Part shown: positions 44,473 through 57,860 of the stretch, one piece after another
Layout of the letters: each line of letters begins with the position of its first letter
Position numbering within the stretch: the stretch's first letter is position 1
Assembly (NCBI RefSeq): GCF_009914755.1
Contig: NC_060928.1
Origin: the human T2T-CHM13v2.0 reference genome, Homo sapiens
DNA: 64,000 nt
Reading direction: 5' to 3' (one strand)
Program-made: the position numbers and the translations under genes
Notes under the pieces: generated by a model
Seen by the model: the letters and a program-made list of their open reading frames with translations, nothing else
Database searches by the model: none
Told to the model about the DNA's origin: nothing

Positions 44473-44852
44473 TGAAACTGACCAAATTTTCCCACAAGCG
44501 GGGTGCCCATAGAACTGAAGCTTGAGAACTTACAGTGAAACGCACTGCTACCTGCTGACCGACTCCTCTTCCTTACCCCTCTCTAATTCCCATTTCCCCA
44601 CAGTGGTTACAATGAGACACTAGACTCCTCATTCAACTGTCTGCTCCCTTGCCCCGCCTGTTTTCCTTCCTTGCTATATAAATCCTTAACTTTAGGCTTG
44701 GGGAAGGAACGGATTGGAGGTTTGGCTTCTGTTTCTTCGGCTGACATCACCCGTAATGCAATAAAGGCTTCTTCCCTGGCAACGCTTGTCATCTTAGCGA
44801 TTGCCTCTCTGGTGAGCAATGGGGCCTAGACTGAACTGGTGTTTCGGTAACA
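44473..44852 (+). mobile_element. Solo ERV1-class LTR (380 bp)
   Basis: TG...CA termini (tgaaactg...tcggtaaca), 4-bp TSD TTAT both sides, TATATAAA 44675-44682, AATAAA 44760-44765. Confidence 0.85.
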
Positions 44853-45366
44853 TTATTGTTCCATAAAATTGCTATGGTCAATTTAAATGAAAGAACATGA
44901 AACAACAGGAAAAATATAAAATTGGGCCTCAGTACTGGTGGGGGCAAGTGAGGCAGGCACTTTTATACATTGTGGGATGGGATTATAAATTGGTTGGCCA
45001 TATATGTCATGCACCTTAAGAACTTCCAGGAAGTAACTTCTAAGGAAAATAGCAAAAGATATGCACAACAATTAGGTATTAGTGTTTTTTTAAATGCATT
45101 CATTATTGTAACTAACTTTCTCCCAAAATAGATTTATAGCATTTAATAATTAAAACACATACAACCAAAACATTGTGTAGATATAAACATATTTAAAAAA
45201 TTACTAGTAAGTATGAAAATCAAAAACACAATTCCTAAGGTGGTGTTTTATTTTCCCTCCATTACTGGCTCTTTCCCCATTTGGAAGCTTCCTTCATGTT
45301 TTTTGAAGCTGAGCAAGGATGACATGACTCATGTCATGTATATTATACAATGTAAAGAACAAAACT

Positions 45367-45506
45367 GGCTGTGCGGTAGCTCACACCTATAATTCCAGTG
45401 ATTTGGGAGGCCATGGTGGGAGGATAACTTGAGGCCAGGAGTTTGAGACCAGTCTGGGCAACAAAGTGAGACCCTATCTCTTTAAAAAAAAAAAAAAAAA
45501 AAAAAA
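45367..45506 (+). mobile_element. Alu monomer (FLAM-like)
   Basis: Single arm plus poly(A). Confidence 0.75.
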
Positions 45507-46034
45507 GGAAACTAAAACAAGGCCACATTGATACATTGATTGGGCACTCTGGACAGAAAAAAAGTGATTGTACTGATGTGTAATTGATAGGTATGCTTGA
45601 TAAAAAAAAAAAAGGATTCCATTTTTCATGACTTTTTAATGCACTACATGATTCTGTGCATGACTTTCAGAGCACAATGATCATGTCTACTTGATTTCCT
45701 TCAAAAATTAAAAGAAAAATCTTTTACTTGAGAGGGTGAGGTGGGAGGATTGCTTGAGGCCAGGAGTTGGAGACCAGCCTGGGCAACATAGGGAGACTTT
45801 GTCTCTACAAAAAATATAAATAAAAAATAAAAAGAGAAAGCTCCTAAGACTTCACTCAGTAGGTTATCCTACTAAAATAACTGGTTACTGATGGTTTCAT
45901 GCAGTTCACAAAATTAACTGATGATTTTAGTTGCAGCTTTTATCTTCCTGACTTCTGCCACTCATGTCTCTGCTTTCACTTCCTGTATCCGCAATCTGAC
46001 TGTGATATGTGATTATTAAAGGTATAGTCTATGT

Positions 46035-46046
46035 TGCCCCCTAGTG
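46035..46046 (-). promoter_or_regulatory. Candidate CTCF site
   Basis: CACTAGGGGGCA on - strand, close to CTCF core consensus, in non-repeat AT-rich DNA. Confidence 0.4.
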
Positions 46047-46386
46047 ATTAATATGAACATAGGAAAAGTCCTGTAGACTTCCTCAGCTATTCAGAGCTGT
46101 GGATATGCTTCTTATCATGCAGAATCTACCTACTACTTTCCATCATTTTATTGTTTAAGTCCTTTAATAGCGTCAATTTTTACATTTTATTATGTTATTA
46201 CACAAGTCCAAGCTAAACTGTTTATTCTATATAAAAGACAAGCAAAAACCAAGAAAACATTATAATCAATAAAATATTATCAAACAAGAAAAAGAAATAC
46301 ACCTCCTTTTAAAATTTATTTCTAACTCTATTTTTGTGGAGTGCTTTTAACCAGAGAAATAATTAACCTAAATGCATGGTCTATTA

Positions 46387-46719
<333 letters not shown>

Positions 46720-46795
46720 TTAGTATTTCCTGAATATAAAGAATGACAGGCAGGATTGAATACCTTGTGAAAAAGTCTGAGATAATGCACAGTGA

Positions 46796-47309
<514 letters not shown>

Positions 47310-47639
47310 CCTTTGATTTTTTGTTTTTCTTCTGTTTGCTTTACTCATAGGAAAAAACATATACATTTATAAATCCTGATTCAAAGACTACTTTTGTGTG
47401 AGGGTATTGAGTTTGCTTTTTTTTCTCCTTTCATCTAGGTCATGTGGCCTTTGGGAGATATGTGTGTGTGTGAGGGGTAGGATGTGTGTTTAATTTTTTA
47501 AATTTATATTTTGGTGCTGTATGTTGTGAAAGATTTGCTCATAGTGGATCAATGAACCATCTTTTCTAGGCAGTTTTGTTGAAAATGAAGGTTTCTCTTT
47601 GATTTCAAGAATGACCAAATTAAAAAACAAAAACAAGGT

Positions 47640-48100
47640 ATTAATTTTCTATTGCTACCATAAAAAATTCTCACAAACTTAGTGGCTTAAAACAACACAA
47701 ACTTAGTTTTGTATATCAGAAATCTGACACCTATCTCCCTGGGCTAAAATCAAGCTGTGGCAGGGCTGCATTCCTTTCTGGAGGCTCTAGGGGGCAGTCT
47801 GTTTCTGTCCTGGCCTTTTCTAGCTCCTAGAGGCCATCCACATTCCTTGGCTTGTGGCCTCTTCCTCTGTTGTCAGAGCCAGGAACGCAGCATCTCCCTG
47901 ACCTTTCTTCCATCTCACATCCTTTTCTCTGACCACAGCTGGGAAAGGTTCACTTATTTTAAGGACTCCTGTGATTAGACTGGGCCCATCTTAAGGTTCT
48001 TAATTTAATCACATATTTTATTATGTAGAGTCACATATTCAGGGGTTCCAGGTATTAGGATGTGGACCCCTTTGGGGCAGGAATTATAATTCTGCCTATT
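47640..48100 (-). mobile_element. MLT1-type MaLR LTR
   Basis: cacaaacttagtggcttaaaacaacac, cagggctgcattcctttctggaggctctaggg motifs. Confidence 0.7.
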
Positions 48101-49378
48101 ACAAATGATGTAAGAGCATATACAGTACAGTGTTTAAAATAGTAATGAGTTGGAAATAAATGTTCCAAAACAGGAAAATACTTAAGTTATAGAACAAACA
48201 AATGTTGGAGTACTAGGAAGCCTCTAAAAATCATTGTAAGAGAATAACATAGGCGATGAAAGAAGTAGAATACAAAGTTTATAAACAGTGTGATCCTGTA
48301 CTGCATGTGGGGTGGGGTGATGCCCCACTGGGTGTGTAGAATTTTGAGTGATTTTCATTTTCTTTTTTTTTTTATCTTTCTTTTCTGGGGAGGGGGGGTA
48401 CTGTCTGCTGTAAGCATGTGTTACTACTATCACATCCATCTCCCCCAAAACTTTTAATTAAATCTTAAGGGAAAGTGTATTTTATTTAATAGTGGTAAAA
48501 AGTAAGTATCTTAAAAGCAAATGCTAAAGTCCTGATAAAATGTACATTATACTATAAAAGGACATAATCTAAAGGCAAAGGCAAAGGGAAACTTTCAGTA
48601 AGCATTCCCTAATAGAAGACCTATAAAATGAGGTATGTAGTAATTACTTGGGCTGGGATTAAAGGGACATAAGAATGTCTTTACATACAAGTATAGCCAA
48701 TATACAAAATGCACAACAGTCTAGTTACCATTAATCAAAATGGTGGGCAAGTACTATAAAAGTCACCATTAAAATACAGCCTTATTAAAATACATATATT
48801 TATGGAAACGAAAACTGACATTTCAAAATAATTATTTCTGTGTGCCCTAGACATTTGAGCAATTTAATACTTCTGCTGGAGTACAGAGAGGAAGTCAGTA
48901 AGATGGAATGTATTTGGATTTCAAGCAGTTATTTTTAAAGGAAAGCTATTACTTTAGAAACTAAAAGCAAAACAGAAAACAAAAACTTTAACCAGTATCC
49001 TTTCATCTAGCTAATTAGATGTTTGTTCATTCACTATAGATATAGAATTTATTTAAAACCTCAAAATGATTGAAGTAACAGACTCAGCACTGTGACTTTG
49101 GGATTGAGTAGGCTATAAGAGTGGGGTGAAATATGACCATTCATTCTATAATTCAATTTTAAAACAAATTCCTGCAACCAAAGAAATAGTAGTACTGGGT
49201 TAGGCCAGGTTCCCAAGTTCATTGTGTATTCTAGATCTATAGTGCTAATAAAGAGAAGACAATAACTTGTTTGCCTACCTTATTTCATTGTTAAAAAAAA
49301 TCACTAGGTCAAAATAATGGGTCAAGTTGTTGATTGAAAAACCCAGAATTGCTTTTGTATTTGCTGGGATAAGCTAGA

Positions 49379-49726
49379 TGTCTTAGTTCATTTTGTGCTG
49401 CTATAACAGAATACCACAGACTGACTAACTTCTAAAAAACAGAAATTTTCTTGCAGTTCTGGAGACTGAGAAGTCCAAGATCAAGGCACTCTCATCTGGT
49501 GAGGGCCTTCTTGCTGTCTCATCACATGGCAGAAGGCAGAAGGGCAAGAGCACAAGAGAGAGAACCCATTCCAGAGAGTGCTTTTCATAATGGCATTAAT
49601 CTATTCTTAAGGGCGGAGCCCTCATGGCCTAAACACCTCCCATTAGACCTCACTTCCCAGTGCTGTTGCATTTGGGATTCAGTCTCTAACACATGAATAT
49701 CTGGGAGACACATTCAAACTATGGCA
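49379..49726 (-). mobile_element. MLT1A-type MaLR LTR
   Basis: tgtcttagttcattttgtgctgctataacagaatacc...caaactatggca; near-TSD ctaga/ctagg. Confidence 0.75.
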
Positions 49727-51273
49727 CTAGGTTATGCTGTAGTAACAACTTATTCCCTTAACAGGCACAGATGATGGTCCAGGGCAACTGTCCCCTGGTG
49801 TGAATCAGCAATTCAGGTCACTTGACTCTTGTGACTGTGGCATCACAGGGAGACAAGAGGTCTCCCTGTTTTCAACTACAGCAGAAAGCACGAGGAGTAT
49901 GCAGCCCACCTATTCTATGCTTGGCCCAGTGGTGATACACAGTACCTCTCTTCTGCTTACAGCACATTGGCCTGAAATGGTCATGTGGTCCCACTCAAGG
50001 GGGAAGGAGGCTGGGAAATGGAAGCTTCTATGTGTCCTGAAAAGAAATTATAGGCATACTGCTGAGTGCTACTTATGTTTAAACACACCTATACAATTTT
50101 GGAGAAGCTTTCCTTTATTTTTTATCCAGTTGGAAAGACTCTGTTCTCTAAACTTCAGAGCTGCAGGTAGGACCTGGTCCTCATTCTAGAGAAAGTAGCT
50201 CTGCAGTCCCAGCAGAAAGAAGCCTGACTTGAAGCTCCACCACTTTGGCTATCTGTTGGGTGTTCTTCAAAAGTGAGTGCCAATTCACTGTAGTACCCGG
50301 CACTTGGTCTTCCATGCTTTCATTATTAGGGAAACTAGATTTGTAGCACAGCTACTGGAGAGTACTAGGATCCTAGTAAGCTGGCTTTACAAACATGGTG
50401 TGTACTGCCTATTTTTGCTTTTATTTCAGAGAAAATAAAACGTAAGATAATAGGAACAAATACATGTGAACTGCTGGACGGCTATTCAAAAATAGTTTGC
50501 CAGAGTAACTGGTAAGCCTGAAATCTGTGTAGCCATGAAAGGGCTCATCATCGGCTTAATTCTGAAGCAAAACTTGGTGAAACACGTGGTGGTTATCTTG
50601 GAGGTAAAATGCTGGCTTCCCAGTGGGAAGTGAAAGTGTCAATCAGGTTGTGTTGGGAGATGTGATAAAGGCTGAGGCAGTCTTGCAGCTCATGATTTTA
50701 TGCAGGGGCTAAGATGAGAAGGATGTTCAAAAAAACCAGGGGATGTTATTCTAGCTTTTGAGCATGAGACAGCCTCAAAGCACTGGGAAAGCTGGATGCT
50801 AGCAGGAGGCAGTAGAAATGCAAGTGTGAGAAAAATAAAGGCTGGGCTGGCGTGCTGGCAGGAAATGGATTCGAAAGGCAGGTCTGATAAATGTTTCAGA
50901 AAAAGAGAGCTGTCAGGATGAGGTAGAGTGAGCTTGGCAGCCTGGGAGTTGGCATGCCATTGATGGTCAAGACCAAATGCTGTTTCTCCTATCCAGCCAG
51001 AAATTTTGCTTTAGAAATGACACTAGGGCTTTGCTCTCAACAACCACTGTCCTCTCTCTCATTCTCCCTCTCACTGGGTTACCTCCTCCTTGTCAGTGAC
51101 TTCTTCTGTGATACTGACTCTTCCATCCATCATGGGTTTTTTCTCTGATTTTTAAGAATAAGTGGAAATTCCTATATTGTTTGTTCTTTCAATTGTAGAA
51201 AATATTGAAAACCAAAAGGAAATAATTTAAAAACACTGTAATTGCACTACGAAGAAGCACTTAGTTTGGTATA

Positions 51274-52460
51274 CAGCCATGTGTTGCTTAATGGTGGGGA
51301 TATATTTTGAGAAATGTTTTATTAGGTGACTTCATCACTGTACAGATATCATAGAGTACTTACACAAACCCAGATTGTATAGCTGACTACACACCTGTGA
51401 TATATGGTATAGCTGAGTGCTCCTAGTCTGCAAACCTGTATAGCATGTTACTGTACTGAATAAGGCAGGAAATTGTAACACAATGGGAATCATTTGTTTA
51501 TTTAAATATATCAAAACATAAAAAGGTACAGTAAAAATGCAATATAAAAGATAAAAAATGGTAGGTACCCGTGTAGGGCACCTACCATGAATAGAGCTTG
51601 CAGGACTGGAAGTTGCTCTGGGTGAGTCAGTGAGTGGTAAATGGATGTGAAGGCCTAGGACACGGCTGCACACTACTGTACAATTCGTAAGCACTACACT
51701 TAGGCACACTAAATTTATAAAAAATATTTTTCTTTAATAGGAAATTAAACTTAGCTTACTGTAATTTGTTACTTTATGAACTTTTTAACTTTTAACAACT
51801 TTTAGATTGTTTTTAAGCAACATTTAGCTTAAAACACAAACTCACGTACAGCTGGACAAAAATATTTTCTTTTTAAATATCCTTACTCTATAAGCTTTTT
51901 TCATTAAAAAATTATTTTTACTTTTAATTTTTTTTTGTTAAAAACAAAGACACAAATATACACATTAGCCTGGGTCTACACAGGGTCAGGATCATCAATA
52001 TCACTGTCTTCCACCTCCACATCTTATCCTGCTCGAAGGTGTTCAGGGGCAATAACACGCACGGAGCTGTCATCTCCTATGATAACAGTGCCCTCTTCTG
52101 GAGTACCTCCTCAAGGAACTGCCTGAGGCTATTTTAGAGTTAACTTAAAAAAAATAAGTAGGAGTACACTCTAACAATAAAAAGTATGTAAATACATAAA
52201 CCCAGTAATAGTCTATTATGATTAAGTGTTATGTACTATACATAAATATATATGCTATATTATTGTAAGACTGGCAGTGCAGTAGGATTGTTTACGTACA
52301 GCGTCACCACAAACATGAGCAATGCATTGTGCTACAACGTTCTGATGGCTATGACATCATTAGGTGATAGGAATTTTTCAGTTTTGTTATGATCTTATGG
52401 AACAACTGTTGTATCTGTGGTCCATTGTTGGCCAAAGTGTCATCAGGAGTTGCATGACTG
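51274..52460 (+). mobile_element. Tigger3 (Tigger3b/MER7-like) non-autonomous DNA transposon
   Basis: TA|cagccatg...catgactg|TA terminal inverted repeats with TA TSD; ~1.19 kb; characteristic internal sequence (catcatagagtacttacacaaacc). Confidence 0.85.
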
Positions 52461-52728
52461 TATCTCCTTCCAGACTTGTGTTTATGTGTGTGCTTTTACA
52501 AAAATGGAATATATACACTATTCTAGGAACTCCTTTTCTCATTTAATATTCTGTGAAAAGCTAGACTTATTTATGAATGCTTATGAGATGTTTTACTGGC
52601 ATTTCACACTCAATGTGACAACACCATCCTTATCATTTCTAACCTATACTTCATTTTTTTCATTTTTCATTTCATTAACTTTTTCAACATCTTTTGAGCC
52701 CACAGTAGGGGTCTAACCACTTGATAAT

Positions 52729-53110
52729 TGTCTTAGTTTATTTTCTGTTGCTATAACAGAATACCATGGACTGGGTAGTTTATAAAGAAAAGAAGTTTAT
52801 TTAGCTCATGGTTCTGGAGGCTAGGAATTCCAAGAGCATGGCACCACCAGCATCTAGTGTGGGTCGTCCCATGGCAGAAGCGGGGAAGGACAGAAGGTGG
52901 AAGCAAGTGCACAAGACAGAGAGAAAATTGGGTAAAATTCATCTTTTTTATAAGGCGCCCACTCCTGTGATAACTAACCCACTTTATGATAATGACATTA
53001 ATTCATTAATCCATATAATCACCTCTTAAAGTTCCCACCTCTCATCACTGTTACAATGGGGATTAAGTTTTCAACACAAATTTTTGGGAGGACACATTCA
53101 AACCATAGCA
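52729..53110 (-). mobile_element. MLT1A-type MaLR LTR
   Basis: tgtcttagtttattttctgttgctataacagaatacc...caaaccatagca. Confidence 0.75.
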
Positions 53111-53389
53111 ATGGTTAAAATTAAGCTCAGATACTCTCTTTTTTCCCTACCCTTCTCATATTTAATTGTCTCAAAATCACTCATTCATTCAATAAATATT
53201 TTTTTCATCTGTCCTTACATGGCCTGTGTGCAGCCTGTGCCCTCATGATTTTCTCATTCAGTGAAATTGAGCACCTACTATGTGCCAGACTTTGTTTTTG
53301 GCTCTGGGCATACCAAAGTGAACCAAATGGGGAAGGTACCTTCTATCATGGTGCTAGTATTCTAGAGGGGGAATAAATAATACATCAAT

Positions 53390-53932
53390 ATGTTAGCTAT
53401 CCATTATTGCGTAGCAAATTACCCCAAAACTTAGTGACTTACAATAATGACATTTACTATTTTACTGTGTTTGTGGGTTAGGAGTTGGGGCATGCTTTAG
53501 CAGGTCCTCTGCTTCAGGGTCTCTCACAGGCCGCACTCATCTCAAGGCTCAACTAGGGGAGAATTGGCTTTCAAAGTCATTCATGTGGTTGTTGGCAGGA
53601 TTCCATTTCTTGCTGTGTTGGCTACAGGCTACTGCCAATCCTGGCCACATGCACCTCTCTGTTAGGGCAGCTCACAATAGGGCAGCTTGCTTCATCAGAG
53701 TAAGCAAGCAAGCAAGAGCCAGAGAGAGAGAGAACGAGAGGGAGAGTGCCGGTAAAACAAGAGTCATGGTCCTTTATGACCAATCTTGAAGTGACATCCC
53801 ATCACTATACCATATCCTATTTGTTAGGAACAAGTCCCTAGGTGGCCCATTGAAGGGGAGGGTGTTACACAGGGTTTGAATACCAGGAAATGGGGATCAT
53901 TGTGAGCCGTTTTAGAAGGCTGCCTCCCACAG
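53390..53932 (-). mobile_element. MLT1 (F/G-like) MaLR LTR
   Basis: caaattaccccaaaacttagtg...ggctgcctcccaca. Confidence 0.6.
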
Positions 53933-55644
53933 TCAAGAAACAAGACAATTCCAGATCATACTCAGTGCTAGAGAGAAAATAGGACAGGGATAAGACGAAG
54001 AGCATCTGGGAGTGTTGGGGAGGTAGTCTTCATTGAGTGTTTAGAGAGGACCTCACTGAGGAGATAACAGTGAAGCAGAGAACTAAAGGGCAAGAAAGGG
54101 CCCACCCGGAAAGATTCAAGCCTTCCAGACAGAGGAAACAGAAAAGGCAAAGTGGCAGAATGAGCTCTGCCTGTTTGAGGAAGAGGGTGGAGCCCAGTGA
54201 CATGGAGTGAATGAGCACGAAGGAAGTGGGCGCCTGCTGAGATGAGGCCCGGGTAATGAGTACATGAAGTGAATAGTGTCTGTGTTTTGAAATACTGAGT
54301 AACTTCCCTATGTCACAGCTTGTAAGTGACACAGCACACACAAGGATTTGAACCCGAGTCCATCTGATGCTAAAATCCATGTTTTTGCCACACTAGTGCC
54401 TTGCAGAATTTACTAGAAGGGGATGCTGCTGGGTGGTGGTCAGCCACTCCAGGTGCTCATGATGTAAGTAAGACTTTCAGGGCTAAAACCAGGATAGTCC
54501 TGAGGAAATTGGGATAGCTGGTCACCCTCAAGACACGACAGGAACACTGAGTTCTCTGATGTGATATGAAACCCAGGATGAGCCGGCAGCCCTGAGTCAG
54601 CCTGATGAGAAGTCGGCTGTGCCTTTTGTTACCAAGAAAACAAAACTGTAGCATAACCCCACCTTGTTGTTAAAACAAAATGTTTACATTCTTCTGTTCT
54701 GCTTCGCTCAAGTCATTCCTGTGGGACAAGCCGACCTAACATACAGGTGTAGTCAGGGGCTAGGAGAGACCTAGGCAGGCCCTTGTCCATTCTCAGTCAC
54801 TGAAGTGAGACCTAGGGACTCAGGAAGGACTCAGAGTTCCCTTAGTCATCATTCCCTCTGGGCATCCTGCTTTTGGCATAATTACTGATACGAGCACCTC
54901 GTGTCCCCTCCTGAATTATACCTACCCCCCCGCCTCCCCACCCCCTGCAATTGCTTAGCACAGTATCTGGCCCATGGAAGTGACTTCATGGAAATTCAGC
55001 GGATGAATGACTGGACAATGAACAACGCACAGCAATGTGTGGTGTGACAGAAAAGGCTGCACCAGCAAAAATTGGAAGCTGATCTTTGGGTATTTCCTTG
55101 CCTTGGTCACTTTGCAATTTCCTGGGTGCTTGAAACAGGAAGTCAGTGACTCTAAGCCCCTGTGGGATCTGGCACCTCACATCAAGGTATCTGGAAAGTC
55201 CTTATTCTTCACTTCTCCATGCGATCCTACCCTACAGACCAGCCCTCCTTTTGGAATCTCTCCTGCTACACATTCTGTGACCCTGGGACTCTCTCTTATT
55301 TTATTTATTTATTTTTATATGCCCGTGTTTCCAAAGGAATAATAGGGCAGTTAAATATAGCTACGACTGTGCCTTTCCAGAGCCCAGAAAAGTCTGGAAA
55401 ACTGGGAATATCCAAAGCTCAGGATGATATTGCGCACACAAAAAGTACTAGGCAGAGTAGTGTTTAGATAGAAACAGAGTAATGTTTAGATAGAAAGCAG
55501 ACTCAGTCATATAAAATATATGCATATACAGCATGATCTGCATTTCTGTGATGCTTCTGAAGTACAGAAGCATTCAGCACTCCAGTAACTCTTATTGCAA
55601 GTTACCTCTTCAATCATTTTTCTTCAATCATTAAAATGCTTTAA

Positions 55645-57085
55645 AAAATTTTTTAGCTTATTGAGGTATGACTGACAAAAATTTTAATATATTTAAAGTG
55701 TACAACTTGTTTTGATATATGTATACATTGTGAAATGATTACCACAATCAAGCTAATAAACATGTCCATTATCTCACGTTACATTGTGTGAGAACACTTA
55801 AGATCTACTCTTAGCAAATACCAAGTATTTCGAGTATATCAAGTATGCAATATATTATTACTATACACTCACCATGCTGTACATTAGAGCTTCAGAACTT
55901 ATTTATCTTATAACTGAAAGTTTGTACCCTTTGACCAATGTCCCCATTTCCACCATTCCTAGTGACCACTGTTCTACTCTGTTTTTATGAGTCTGGCTTT
56001 TTTTAGATTCCACATGTAAGTGAGATTATACAGTATTTGTCTTTCTGTGACTGGCTTATTTTACTTAGCATAATGTCCTGCTGGTTCATCCATGTTGTTG
56101 CAAATGGCAAGATTTCCTTATTTTTTTAAGGCTGAATACTATTTCATTGTGTAGTATACACCACATTTCTTTATCCATTCATTCATTGATGGACACTTAC
56201 GTTGATTCCAAATTTTGGCTATTGTGAATAATGCTGCAATAAACATAGGAGTGTAGACAGCTCTTTGACATATTGATTTCATTTTCCCTGGGTATATGCC
56301 TAGAAGAGGGATTGCTGGATCATATGGTGGTTCTGGTTTTAATATTTTGAGGAAACTCCATATTGTTTTCTATGATGGCTATACCAATTTACATTCCCGC
56401 CAATAATGTATAACAGTTCCCTTTCTCCACATCCTTGCCAACACTTATCTTTTGGCTTTTTGGTACTAGCCATCCTAACAGGTATGAGGTGATGTTTTAT
56501 TGTGGTTTTGATTTGCATTTCCCTGATGATTAGTGATGTAGAGCACATTTTTATATGCCTGTTGGCCATTTTTATGTCTTCTTTGGGAAAATATCTATTC
56601 AGATTATTTTCCCACTTTAAATCCAGTTATTTGTTTTTTTGCTATTGAATTGAATTTTTTATGTATTTTGGATAGTAACCCTTTATTATATATAAGGTTT
56701 ACAAATTTTCTCCCATTCTATAGGTTCTTTTTTTCTTTATTTTACTATAAAGTTTAAAATCTTGTTTTAATTTTTGTGGGTACATAGTAGGTGTATATAT
56801 TTATGAGGTGTGTGAGATGTTTTGATACAGGCAAATTGTGTCACAGAAAATCCCCTCAAGCATTTATCTTTTGTCTTATGATACAATTAAACTCTTAGTT
56901 ATTTTAAAATGTACAATTAAATTATCGACTATAGTCACCCTGCTGTACTATCAAATAGTCGGTCTTATTCATTCTTTCTAACTATTTTTTGGGTACCCAT
57001 TAACCATACCCATCCCCCCGCCTCCCCCTTACCCACCTCTATAGGTTCTTTTCATTTTGTTAATTTTTTTCCTTTGCTGTGCAGA
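55645..57085 (-). mobile_element. L1MA-like 3' region with a second L1 3' fragment nested at 56732-57037
   Basis: Antisense L1 3' UTR and ORF2 end (ORF 56339..56569: [10 protein letters not shown]); 15-bp TSD tctataggttctttt at 56717-56731 and 57038-57052. Confidence 0.85.
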
Positions 57086-57152
57086 ATAAAATGCTTTTTC
57101 AAAGCAAGTTAAAGCTGCTCTCTACTTAGATTAAGAAATCAACTTAAAGTAT

Positions 57153-57183
<31 letters not shown>

Positions 57184-57189
57184 AAAAAA
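57153..57189. repeat. (TA)n microsatellite followed by A-run
   Basis: tatata...ta then A-tract. Confidence 0.9.
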
Positions 57190-57360
57190 GAAAACATCTG
57201 AAGTGGCTCCAGCAGAAGGAAAGGCAAGATGGGAATCAAAGTTTAATCTACATTCTTTCTGCTTCTCCTTTTCTACCAACACTGTGTTCAACTGCATAAC
57301 AATAGTACCAATGAGCACGAGAAAGATAGTTTTTAGTTTAAAGACTATTTCAGTTTTAGT

Positions 57361-57860
57361 CAGACTACTTCAGACCTCAGACTCCAGACTTCAGACTCCA
57401 GACTTTAGACAACAGACTCCACATGCCACACAACAGACTTTCAGACTCCAGCTTCAGACTCCAGACTCCAGATCGCACACTTCAGACAACAGACTCTAGA
57501 CAACACACTCCAGTCTCCACATTCCACACGACAGACTACAGACTCCACACTCCAGACAACAGACTCCACACTCCAGACAAGAGACTCCACAATCCAGACA
57601 AGAGACTCCACACTCCAGACAAGAGACTCCACACTCCAGACAACAGGAGACTTTTAGACTCCAGATCAGACTTCGAACTTCAGATTCACTCCAGACTTCA
57701 GACTCCAGACCAGACTTCAGACTCCAGACCCAGATTTCAGATTTTAGACTTCAGACTCCAGACCAGATTTCATATTTCAGACTCCAGACCAGACTTCTGA
57801 CTTCAGACTTCAGACTCCTGACCCTGGATTTCAGACTCCAGGCTTCAGAGTTTGGACTTT
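57361..57860. repeat. Heptamer tandem repeat (CAGACTC/CAGACTT)n with a 21-bp higher-order block
   Basis: ~500 bp of cagactt/cagactc units; agactccacactccagacaa(c/g) repeated about five times at ~57540-57644. Confidence 0.92.

Noticed and set aside
49379-53110. Two similar MLT1A LTRs as ends of one provirus
   Set aside because: The first has its own near-TSD and the intervening DNA is not MaLR internal sequence; better read as independent solo LTRs.
55008-55040. ctggacaatg resembling the TLR2 start context
   Set aside because: Only ~10 nt of similarity; no signal peptide or leucine-rich-repeat frame follows.
57203-57800. ORFs with LQTPD/LHTPDKR repeats; also considered as a CRISPR-like array
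   Set aside because: Products of a heptamer tandem repeat; no unique spacers; eukaryotic context.
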